Assembly (NCBI GenBank): GCA_004431415.1
Contig: QPMI01000044.1
Coordinates: 480,321-544,320 of the forward strand
Length of the DNA stretch: 64,000 bases
Reading direction: 5' to 3'
Source of the DNA: Cyanophora paradoxa CCMP329
Lineage: Eukaryota > Plantae > Glaucophyta
Position numbers and translations under genes: made by a program. Shown piece by piece: positions 10,901 through 22,900 of this stretch; the first letter of the stretch is position 1, and each line of letters begins with the position of its first letter. The notes under the pieces were generated by a model. That model searched no databases, was not told the DNA's origin, and saw nothing but the letters and a program-made list of their open reading frames with translations.

Positions 10901-13900
10901 CATGCATTTTAAATCACAAAATGTCCAGATTATAAATAAGAGAATTCCGCACGTCACGCTCTCGCTTATGAATGTCATTTCGCTGTCCTCGCTTGTAATG
11001 CGCTTGAAGAAGTCTCCAGCAGCCAACAGCCTTCGCGTGCCCATCAGGCCCCGCCTCTGGGTCCCTCCTGGCTGCGCAGGCTCCGCTCCTGCTGCCTCGC
11101 GGCCGGCGGCGAGGGCTTCAGTGATGGTCTGCGATATGAGCTTCTTGAAATCCGATATGTCGATTGGCTCCGATGTCGCGATCGGGCACAGCTGCGTCGA
11201 CGAGCACGGCGTGCAGGCCGTGGACCCCGCGGCAGCCGCAAACGTGCCGGACGGGCTGCACAATCCCGAGTTCGAATTCGCGCAGTAATATCCATGAGCT
11301 GGAAAGCAAAGCGCTGCACGGACCAGGGCTCGCAGTAGGCCAGCGTCGCGTTTCGGAAGGTGCCTTTCGCACAGACCTGCCGTTGCTATGTTGGCAGCGG
11401 AGAGACGGAAACGAGTCGAGCACCAGCGCACCTCGCAGAACGTCTGAGACTCGTCCGACTGAGTGAAAAAATAATGACGCTCGTCAGCGAAACGAATGGA
11501 CAGACAGACACTGAGAGGCAATGCGACCCACCACAGTGCCCTCCAAACTGCGCAAAGCATCAGCTTGTGAACGAAACGCGGTCGAAAGCAAAGCAGGCTC
11601 GAAGCCCACCAGGACATACATCCCGTGGAGCCCGCTTGCGAGATCGTGTTCACGGGGCACGGCAGGCAGACGTCGCTGTTCGCAGGCAGGTACGTGGAAG
11701 AGGGGCACGGGATACAGCGCGTGCGGCTGTCGTCCGAGATCGATCCGGCAGCACAGCGGGTGCAAGTGGCATCTGCGGCGCAGATTCAGGATTGCGTCCA
11801 AGCAGCTTAATGGCGGTCTGGAAGAGCGGACCGCCAGCGCGTGAGGTAGTCAGAGGCGGGCACGGCTCACAAACGCCCTTGCTGGGGTACGTTCCAGCCT
11901 CGCAATCTGCAACAGAAAGTTCGGGTGTCGAGATGATTGCCGAATATTAATTCGAAGAATTGTAAGCAACAGCTTCTCACCCCTGCAGTCCGCGCGGTCT
12001 TCGCGTGGCACCTTTCCCGACGGGCTGCTCTCAATGTGATCAGAATGGAGGCGATATCATTGAAAGAATTCATGCATGAAGTTCGTAGAGACTTTCATGA
12101 GACGCACCACTGCTCGCACTCGCCGTTGCCTGGGGCCCGCGAGACGGTTCCAGGGCCACAGGGAATGCACCCAGTGCTGTTGCTGTCTATCGGCCTGTAG
12201 AAACCCTGCGGAACAAAGTACGATGTTACTTTAGCAGCCCTGCGCGCTGGATAATTTTGGGGCCGAACCAGCGCGCAGGGCTCGCAGACGCGGCGGTTCG
12301 CCGACGAAGTGTACCCCGCTCCGCACGGGCTACACTCGAATGCCGTTCCTGGATCGGGTGCAATAAAGGTCTCGGGACACTTGAGCACGCCAAGTCAGTT
12401 TATGTCACTGGAAAATTAGAACGAGAGCAATGCACACCCGTAAGCAGGTCTGCGTGCCCTCTGGCATGAATGTGCCTGGCGTGCACGGTATGCACTCGCT
12501 GGAATCTTCGGAGGCGTACGAGCCGGGCTGGCATGGCCGACACGCCTGCGAGCCCACTGGCGCCCAGGTCCCGATCCGGCACGGCAGGCAGATGTTCATG
12601 TTCCGAGGCTTGAACGTGCCCGCTTGGCATGGATTGCAGCGCGTGCTGTAGCCGGGCGCGTTGGTTGCAAACAATTGGGAGGCGGTTGATCGCAAACGAG
12701 ATTAGAAAGCGAGCAATCTCCGCTTACCGGTCGGCGTTGGAGATCTCGCCAGGAGCACACGCTGTGCACGCGACAAGGCCTCGCTCCTCTGCGATTGTTC
12801 CCTCCTCGCAGAGCCGGCAGGTCCGCGTGCCGTTGGCCTCCATATATCCAGCGGGGCACGGAACGCAGGTCACGCGATCGTCGGAGGACTGTGTCCCCGG
12901 AGGGCTGCAAGACAAGTTCGAGATATTGCTGCACGCAAAGGCATGGCAGGAAGAGAGGGTGCATGCAAACCACAGATCGCATTCGGCACGGCCAGGCGCG
13001 TTGGAGTAATAACCATTCGAACAAGAGAGGCAGGAACTGCTGTTTGCAGGCCTCGCTGTACCGCTCGGGCACGGCGTGCACTCCTGGTGTGTCTCGTCCG
13101 CAACGGACCCGGGCTCGCTGTGCAAATGCGTAAGTGATATAGCAATAAACAGTGCAAAGAAGACAAACAGTTTCATGGCTCACCATTCCTGGCAGGAGAC
13201 CATTCCCAGAAGAGGGGCGTACATATTTCCGATGCAATCGCGGCAGCGCCACTCCTTCTCATACGTGCCCCGAGGGCACGAGAGGCACGTTGCGAGGTCG
13301 TCGCTCGGGACCGCGCCCCTCGCGCAGACTGTGTAGTTCCTCGAAGCGACCGGGGCCACTGACCCCACCGGCACTCGCTGGCATGACACCATCGGCGCGT
13401 GCCTGTAGTAGCCCACCATGCACGCTGCTCACGCTCGCCGTCAGCGTGCACTCATATGCATTCTCCGTACAGAATGCAACGCACGCGTGCAGCTCTGTTT
13501 GTCCGCCGCGGCCTCGTAGCCCTCCGGGCACGTCTCGCACTGGTCCTTCCCGGGGTCGGACGTGATCGTGTTCGGCGGGCACGGCAGGCACTGGTCATCC
13601 AGCTGGTAGCTCCCTGCGAATTCGAAAGCAGCCCATGGCGTTAACGAAAATGCATGCAAGAGCAGTTGCTCGCTCACCGCCTCGGCATGGCGTGCACGTG
13701 GCTTTCGTGCCATCAGGGACAAAGCCAGGTAGACAGACCGTGTAGTTGGAAGAGCCGATGCGGGCAACAGCCCGGACAGACACGGCTTCGCAATAAGCCA
13801 TCGCTCCATGTCGGTAGGTGCCTGTCGGAATCACGAAGGATGTCAATAATTCATAACATACACAGAAACCCAGATGAAAAAGACTGCATGACCAGCTGGG

Positions 13901-16900
13901 CAGTCGAAGCACAGGCGCAGGTCCGCTGAAGCGTACTTGCCGTCCGGGCACGCCGTGCAGTTTGAAGACGCCTCGAAAGGGGCGACCTCGTTCTGCACGC
14001 ACGGAAGGCACTCCCCAGCGCGCCCGTATTCCGCGGTTCCGCCACGGCATGGAAGGCAGGCCTGCAGAAATACCCGCGGTGGGCGATAAGTTAGATTATG
14101 GCAACACTAATTCTGAAAATGGGGGAAGAACCTTTCTATCAGGCGGTGAGACGTAGCCAGGACCGCACTTTTCGCAGCCCTTCCCATCCGGGGATGCGTA
14201 ATCTATTAGGAAACCGTTATTCAAGAGAATATGACTTCCGTGCGCATATAAGTCGCTGACCTTCATCGCACGGCAAACAGACGGCCTCGTTCGGCGGAGC
14301 GCCGAAACCCGGGCGGCACCACGTGCATCCGTCCTGCTTGTCCGTCGTGACTTGTCCCTGCCCACGGGTGAGCGTTTTGATTTCTATGCAAGCAAAGAAA
14401 TATGCGACTACCGGTGGGCACGTATTGCAGGGACCAAATCGCCCCTCCTCGGCCCAAGTGCCGGGGGGGCACGCCTCGCACGGCCAGAGCTCCGAGGGCT
14501 GATGCGTCCCCGCCGCGCTGCGGGTGTGCAGTCGACGTCGTGAGTACATTTGAAGACCGAAAACCTATATATGAATTCGCGGGACGACTCACCATGGCGC
14601 GCAGTTTGACAAGTCTGGCGTGGGGTACGACCCCTTCGAGCCTGGGATGCACTAAGCCGCCGATAGCAATCAAATGCGCACATTAGAGAGAAGACGCACA
14701 GCTCGAGCACGAATCAAGCGCGCCGTAACCGCTGTACTTGTTCGAAGGACATGAAACGCATGCGAGAGGCGCTCTCTGAAGATATGTGCCGGGGAAGCTG
14801 AAGGGGGAATGTCAACCGCACTTGCAGAAGCGCCGAAATACGGAATGTAAATAATCACAAACCACGGCACACACTGGAACGTCCATTTAGCCTAATAAAG
14901 GATAGCGGATCAGTACGACAAAGCCATTGTCGGATTTCATTCTGTAATCTAGCGTTATTCTCAACGCACAGAGGGGGTAAAAAGATTCTCAGCGCAAGGT
15001 GTGCACGGGTCGCCCGCCTTCATGGCAAAAGTGTGCTGTGGGCAGTCTGCCGAGAGCGATTGAGCGTGACAATCAGGACGCAAGCTCAGTGCACAGCTGG
15101 GCACTGCGCACCGTAACAAGCCGAAGCACCGAGGTCCGAAGACGTTCCAGCGCTGCACTTGGTGCATTCCGTGGCCCCCGCCCCGCTGAATGTCCCATTC
15201 GGGCAGCTGCCGCGGAAATCAAAGCGGAGTCAGAGCGCGGCCGACGAGCCAGTCACAGTCAGGGTGCAGGGGCCCGGCGGCCGGCGCACAGTTCGGCGTC
15301 TTCATCAAGTAGGAGGCCTTCGCGCGGCGAGTAGCGGCCTGGAGCGAACGCAACCTGAGTCAGCCAGCACGCAAGGCAACGCAAGGGCCATTTTAGTCAA
15401 ACTAAAGCACCGGCCGACACGTCGATGCAAAGATCTGCAATGGCAACGGAACGGTTGAAGAGGGCAGCCTGGAGAGGATTAGGCGAGCTGAGCCAGCCCT
15501 TCGCCGCGGCAAATCCCTCACCTCCCAGTTCCACCTGGTTCCTGGTTTGCATCGCGAGTGCAGTTTGACCACGTATGCCGGCTCGGAAACGACGAAAACC
15601 ACCTGACCACCGACTCAGTCTTTAATAATTTGCGAAAATGTTGTATGAACACTGATCATAGGCCGAACCCAAGGGAGTTCGGAAAAAGGGACGCTTGGGT
15701 CGTTCTCAAACATCCGGCCGCTGGAGTAGTCGTCGACGACTGTTGCGTACAATACGTTTGCCTGAATGACACGTCAGTCGCAATCGATTGGGGCGGGCCA
15801 TGGAGAAGCCGCAAACCGGGAAGTTTGACACGATCGTGGTCACTTTCACGGTCGCATTGCTGAACGGCCCACTAGCATCGATATCTACGTTCTCAAGGCG
15901 GATGAGCCGCGAGCCCGGGGCTCTCTCAGCAGCCCTCTTCATTCGGCGGCTGTGCACGTATTGCGGCCGCGTCTCTCGGTCCGACGCGAACGTAAAGACA
16001 CGCGTGTTTGCCTGCGTGTGAACCTCCTGCACGACGCTGCAGCGAGAAGTTCCTTGAATCGTACGAATCACGAAACAGGCTGCGGGCGGAACGCGCACTA
16101 CAAATTTCCGTCCTTGTATACAGCGGCCGCCACCTGAGACGTTGCGTGTTTCAGCTTGCGGCATGCGAAGCTCAACGATCGGGTGACAAGCATACCGAGG
16201 TCCACTCCTGCCTCGTGCCGCGCCAGTCCACGGTCTTGTAAATCTGAATGCTGCCGTCGATGTTTGCTGCCGGGGCGGCCATCCCGCTCTGGAAGGCGTT
16301 TGCCTTGCGGACGCGAGTGACGCGATCGCCGGTGACCCAGAAGCTGTACTTCGAGTTGGGCGGGTCGACCCAGCGGCCCTCGAGATACCCGTGGCCGTAT
16401 CCAGCGTGGAGCGGGCGCTCGTTTTGAACCTGCTCGCCCGGTCAAAGCATGATCCTCCCCTCGCAAATTCTTAAGCAAATGAGCACAATCCAGTGGTCTG
16501 CGAGCGCAAGCTGCTCGGAGCGGAGGACCCGCGGTGCCGTGTGCGTGAAGGCGGCGGTGCGGTACGTGGGAGGTGCAGGGAAGGAGGGGTTGAAGCTCCG
16601 CACGCCGACGGGCGCATCGGAAAAGCGCGACGGGTCGACTTCCCACGTGAACATGGCAATCACGTGTGCGACAGTGCGCGCTCTGCAGATGCCCGAGACA
16701 AGCAAAACGGGGCATGCCCCAGCGACCGATGCGGTGGGGAAGAACGGAATCCTGAGGCGAGTTGAATACCGAAAGAGGGCAAGGTGGACGCGCATATCGT
16801 CGAGGCTCACCGAACGATGGCGTGGTACAGGATCGGTCCTCCGTCAGCAATGCGTCCGTCGGTGTGCATAGTCTGCACCGAAGCCCCCACAGGGAACGAG

Positions 16901-19900
16901 TCGGCAAAGAAGGCGCCGTTCTCTTGCGGCCATCTGAGGCAGGCGGTCAATCGGATGGCGACTTATCATGAGTGAGAGCGAGCGGCTACTAAAGACGCAC
17001 GGGACGCTCTTGTAGACCGACTCGGCGGAGGTGGTGAAGCCGGCGGGCGCGAGCGACGCCAGGTCGAACTTGAGCAGAGCAATGCCCAGCGGCAGAGAGC
17101 AGACTTTGAGGAGCGGCATGACGGAGGGCCCGCCGCTGTTCCGGAGCGCGGCAAAGGAAGAGAAGAAAGCAACCCCGCGCTGCCAGAACTGGAAGAACTG
17201 GAGAAAATGTCAGCATGCGCACAGAACAAGAAGGTTAATTATGAAACATCAAAACAATCAGGCCCACCCGCAACTCCTGCAAGAGGAGCGCGTTGAACGA
17301 CGTCATGTCGGGATACGCCCGCCTGACGTCGCTTGCAGTCTCGTTGCCCTCGAACGTACGGTCGGACGGTTCGGCATCGTAGAAGTCCAGGCAGTTCGTG
17401 GCGCCTGCTCTCAGTCATTATTAGTGTTCAAATGCACAGGAAATGTAAAACCCGGATTCGAAGGGAGCGCACCGTAGAAGAAGTGGCTTCCGAAGGCCAC
17501 TGAAGACGACGTCTCGGCGCCTGGAGTGGCCCACGCGAAGCCAAAGAGCTCTGGCTGGAGGCGGAAGTGGCGAGAGCGGTGCTCGGTGATATTCGCATTG
17601 CTTCCCGTCGGCTGAGAATTAAACAAATGAGATTTCTCCGAACATGAACGCTTCGAAATCCATTACGCCTTACCGAAATGGAGAATAGGTTCATATTCCC
17701 AAGCATTCCAGCCCAGTTGTACCTGCATCGAATTAAGATGCACCACTTGAGCAGCGATTGAAAAACGCTGAGCACTCTTCCGTGGGGCTCGCGGAAGCAA
17801 GGCCCGAAACCTTCAGAGGGGCTCAGCGAATGTACGGACAGGCTCGATCGACGCGATCAGCCGTATGAAATGCACGCACCGCTTCGTAGAAAGTTCGCTC
17901 GTAGGCGGCGTAGAAATGGCGGAAGTCGTGAGTCCACGCGGCGGCCGCGCTCATGAAGTCGTAGGGTCTGGCGCCCGAGCACAGGCCCGCCGGCCAGCTC
18001 CGAATGGGCCCGTAGGGGGCCGTCGCGCAGCCGCCGAACGCGTAGGTCGCCCACCGTTGCGCGGCGTACGAGTAGCAGCCGAACCCAGCGCAGTCGGAGG
18101 GAGGGCGCAAGACGGCCGCGACGGTCGAGCCGACGAGATCGCTTGCGTTTGCGTACGCTTGGGATGTCCAAGGCCAGTTGCTCTGGTACCGGATAATTAT
18201 AAGCAATAGCAAATCTGGTATAATTCATGGGAAAATAATTTCGAGCCTGGAATGCCATGAGGTTAGCAGGGGCGAAGCGGGCATCGCAGTCCTTGGCCGG
18301 CCACTGAGATACAAGATCACGCGAAATTCAAAATTCCTATCGAAGCCATGTCGTTACCGGAGTCATGGCTGAATACGCGAAATCGGTGGGCTTGGCATCC
18401 CCCAGCAGCTAATTATAAAGCAAAAGAGATTAGAGCCACGAAAGCACAAAACCTCAGCGACACTTAGAAGTTCGAGGGCGCACATTGGCGAGCCGTTGAA
18501 CGAAGGAGCAGCGGTTGCTGTCGAGATCGAAGTCGCAGTACGAGTATTCCGACGTGGTGCGCGTGATAAATCCGAGGCGATGAGACGCGGGCCTCTGGCC
18601 CACGAGATAGTTCGCGAGCGGAACTGCGAACACGATTCGAACGCTCTCCTGCGGATCGACCACGTTCCCTGCAAAAGATCTCACAAATTGCACTCCGGCA
18701 GAGGCACTACATCGCACTCTAGATCTGGCGGCACTGCGCACCAACGCGAGAAAAGGCGTTGCTCGCGCCCGTCTTCCCCGAAGGAAGAAGCGCATTCTGT
18801 GCTGCGATGGAGTTGCCCTGAATGTAAATACAGTCAGATCGTTTTGGAGCGTGCACGACTTGAAGAACTGTTGAGCACCGGGGGGACTGTGGCGTTGAAG
18901 GCGGCGGACGGGGGGGACACCTCGCCACTGCGGCCTCGCGCTTTCACTGAGCAGGAAACGACGTACGATCCGCCATAGGAGAGCTCCACCGAGACAGACA
19001 CAGCGGCACCAGCCGCGTCCGCGTCGGTCACAGAAGCTGACCCCGCATAGCCTCCCGTCGGGGCGCCTGGCGCGTCGCAAGCCGCGTCGAGAGTCGCGAT
19101 CCCGACGCCAGCAGTGAAGTTAGCTGTCAGAAGAACCGTCATCGGGCCCGTGGAAATCGCCGACAAGACAAGTGGTGCAGGAAGAACGCTGAGACACGAG
19201 ATAAGATTTGCGTCTCCAACGAGTTTCGACGCAGGAAGCTCGCTGGTCGTGCTGAGCACTGTTCGATTTATCTGAGGTCATGTGGCTGTGAGACTTTGCA
19301 GAGCGATCACACGGCCTGAAGTTTTTCGTATTCGAATTCGCTTTCGAACCGGACAGTCGGAGAACATGTACTCGACGATGATGGGCGCCGGCCCGGCCAG
19401 CGGGGCGCTCGCGCTAGCGTACGCGAGACGGACTTGGCTCGCGGAGAGCTCCGAGCTGTAGACGCGGAAGGCTGCGCAAATGAACGCGTCAGGGCGCGAC
19501 CTGGAATTGTTCTCTACTGGAGTATTCACCACCGATGGTAGCGTCCTGGATGTAGGGATCTATATATTGCTGCGTAAAGACGGAGACTGTTCGCCGCAGC
19601 AGCGATCGATGCCAACGGCCGCGGATTGTGAAAAACGACCTCACCGGGTAGCTATAGAATGACTTCCCAACAAACGCCATGGATCTCCGAATAGACGCAA
19701 GAGCCGGTACTGACTGTGTAGCGACGAGCAAGCCGTTCTTGTACGCCTGTGCAGTGCACTGTCCGCCGCTGGGGGCGCTGTACGTGACGACGAGGTGCGT
19801 CCAACGCTCGAGCTGTCAGAGAAACTTCGTCAAAATTGCTTATCATTGACGTTTCACTCATATATCGGAGGCAAAGCGGCCGGACCGGAATGTATGACGT

Positions 19901-22900
19901 CCCATAAGCAGCGCGGAGGGCTTGCCCGCCTTCAGTAGATGTGACAATGTTTTGTATCACCGAGTATCCATCGGGGCCTTGGCACGAGCAGCTCGCGTGA
20001 TTGCACGGACACATGTACCAGTACTGTGTGAGATGTCAATTCAATATAACGGGGGGCCGGAAAGCCTGCGCGGACCGTTGAGTCGTGTGGGTTCACACCC
20101 GACATGGGAGTGGGCTGCGTGAAATCGACCCATCGGGTTGAACCCGCCGGCATTGAGTTCGGATATATCCAAGACTATAAAGCGTCAAAAGATGCAAGTA
20201 CGATTTTTCGACACCGGAACAGAATGGCTCACTTCAATAGAGAAAGGACAAACCAGAGTTCGGCTCGCGAAGAAGTCGCTCATATCCAGATACCTCTGGG
20301 CAAAGGCCCCTCCCGCTGTGCCGAAACGAAGTCCTGGAGGCCGCGTGAATGCAAAGCGAATCGCGTTCGACATCCGGGCTGAATAGACCTAGATCAGCGG
20401 CCGGAGGGGGGCAGGCCATGGCAATGTCGCCGACAAACTTGCCGGAGCGCCCCCGCCCGCTCGAGTCGGGCACGTCCATGCCGGACAGGGTGCCTTCGAG
20501 CTGTGCGCGTGCGTACGGAAGCAGAAATCAGCCGAAATTGCCCGCACCTCGTGGAGCTCACCCAAACCAAGCTCACCGTGCTCCCACAGCTGTCCAGCTT
20601 GTAGTGCAGCTCGACGGGCGCGGCCGGCTGCCTGCCCATGAAGGCCTCCATGACTTGGTCGGCCGTCAGCGCCGCCGAGTGGATTCGGAACCCTTCCAGC
20701 GATAAAATTTAAAGATTGGAATGCGAGGAAAGTGCACCAGTAGAAAGCGCACCAGAGTAGTACACGTCAGATGGCGACTCCGGTCCCCAATGGCTACGCC
20801 CGATGTACTGGAGGGGCCTGAAAGCGTTTGGTAAGAGGAAAACGAGGAAATTGGAATTGAAGGAAAGAAAAGCGCGCGGATGGGAGGAAACGAATCTGAG
20901 AAGAACGGATATGAAAGCGCACCTTTCAATATTCGCAATCGAGGCTCCAGCAGCCCCAGCCTGTCCCGTTTTCAAATGTGGCACAAGGCTGCCGTTGTGG
21001 TACATGCGGAATTCATCTTTCGTGAAGACAAAAGTCACGTGGTGCCACTGATTGTCTTTGGGGATGCTGTAGTCGTCTCGAAAAGCCACAGTTTCGTAGT
21101 ACAACGATGATGGTGTGTAAAGAAGGATCACTGTGGCCAAGCCTGTTGCGCCTTGCTTGCTCTGCGATCCGCAACCCTTAGCGATGCATATGGATCCAGC
21201 CACACACTATACAGGCACTAAGCACATGGCATGTGTCGTAGGCTGTAACTCCTCCAGGCGGACACCAGGCAATCACCTGCAACCGCGTCCGGTTTCGACG
21301 ACACAGCTACAAGATACAGATTGAACTCTGGCGTACAATGTTACTGCAATTGGCGCCGCAGGCAAAATCTGATTGCAATTGTTGAGGTTAGAGTACGAAG
21401 CTAGCGTAATATAATCGATTGCAACGTGAAGCTTAAGATAGCTAGACAAACGGCAGTACCGATGATACGGTCCCAACTGATAATTGGTGCCTGCCTTGGA
21501 ATTCGGACCCTGCGCAATCGTCTCGGCGATGTGTGCCAGAGAACAACTCGCGATCGGAATCGCACCATAGGTCGAGCGAAAATGGAGTACCCAGCGCGAA
21601 TTTGGGAGCCTCAATGTATCTGTGCTTCGAAGAGGGGATGCCACCAATTTCGCTCGTCCCGAAGTATGCACCTTTGCGCAAAATTCAAGGGGCTCAAAAG
21701 CCGATAGCCGATATATATAGGCGGATGAGGGGGCACCAGCGGCGGGCACGGAGCACTGCACAGACGGGCCGAGGTCCCCGTACATCGTTCCCGGCCGTCC
21801 TTTGCCCGAGTAGTCCACCGCCTGGAGCGATCTCGTGAGTGCTGCCTCGGCGCTTTTCAGGGACGACGCCAGTGGCGCCCGCACGCACCGTGCCGCCGCA
21901 CGTGTCGAACTTGTAGTGCAGCTCGAGAGGGGGCCGGTCTCGGGGCACGGTGCCTTGCGCCACGTTGGCGACCTGGGCAGCCGAGAGCGCCGCAGAGTAC
22001 ACCCGGAAGTCCGCGAGCTCGACACCATATGCGTACGGCCCCGAGCCGGCCGGCCAGCCGGCGCCGACGTAGTGCGTGATCCGGGTCCGCTTGGGAACTG
22101 TGCCCGTCCCGGGTGTGAAGCTCGAAGCCCGTGCGTTGGGACGGGTGACGCCGTCGAGGTACGCGTAGTAAGAGTCTGAGGTCAGCACCAGCGTGACGTG
22201 GTGCCAGGAACTGTCCGCTGGGATGCTGTCGTTTGCAAGGAAGAGGGGCAGTCGCTGCTTCAGCTGCGTCCCGTCGTACACCGTCAGCAAAAGCGTCTCG
22301 TAGCCTGATGTCCTGTGTGGCTGCGCAAGATGTTCATGAGCAAGTTGAGAGAAGAATGTTAATGCTAATGTTAATGTGATGCGAGCGTGCGCTCGTACCT
22401 CGCAGTCCACATCGGAAGGGACTGCACCCGGGGGACCGCAGAAGCTCAGAATCTTCCGCCGCGCACAGTGTCAGACAGCCATCGCAGCGAGCGCGATGGG
22501 GCATGCACGATGTTGTCCGACCCAACTCCGCTGCCGAAATCAAATAGGCGCGAGAGAGTATTTGGGTTTGCCTGGCTCATGTTGATGCGAAGCCTGTGTG
22601 CACGCGAAGCCAGTTAATTGGTGTCATTGCTAAGACGTCCACAAAAAATATTAAAACGCGTTAACCAGAACGCAATCGTCAACGGCGCTCCCAGCTCAAT
22701 CGAAGGCGTTATCAGGAAGCGCTCGGTTTGTTCGATCGAGCTGCTTGGCAAGACCTTGGTTCCAAAGACCAACGCTGAGGCACATGTTAGAAGCGCTGAC
22801 TTTAAAACTTTGAGCAAGCGTGGATAGCAAATGCTCAAGAGCGCACATGTGGAAGGAAGCTCAGGTTTGAACTGACCAGTCCGCCGAAGCAAGTCAATTC

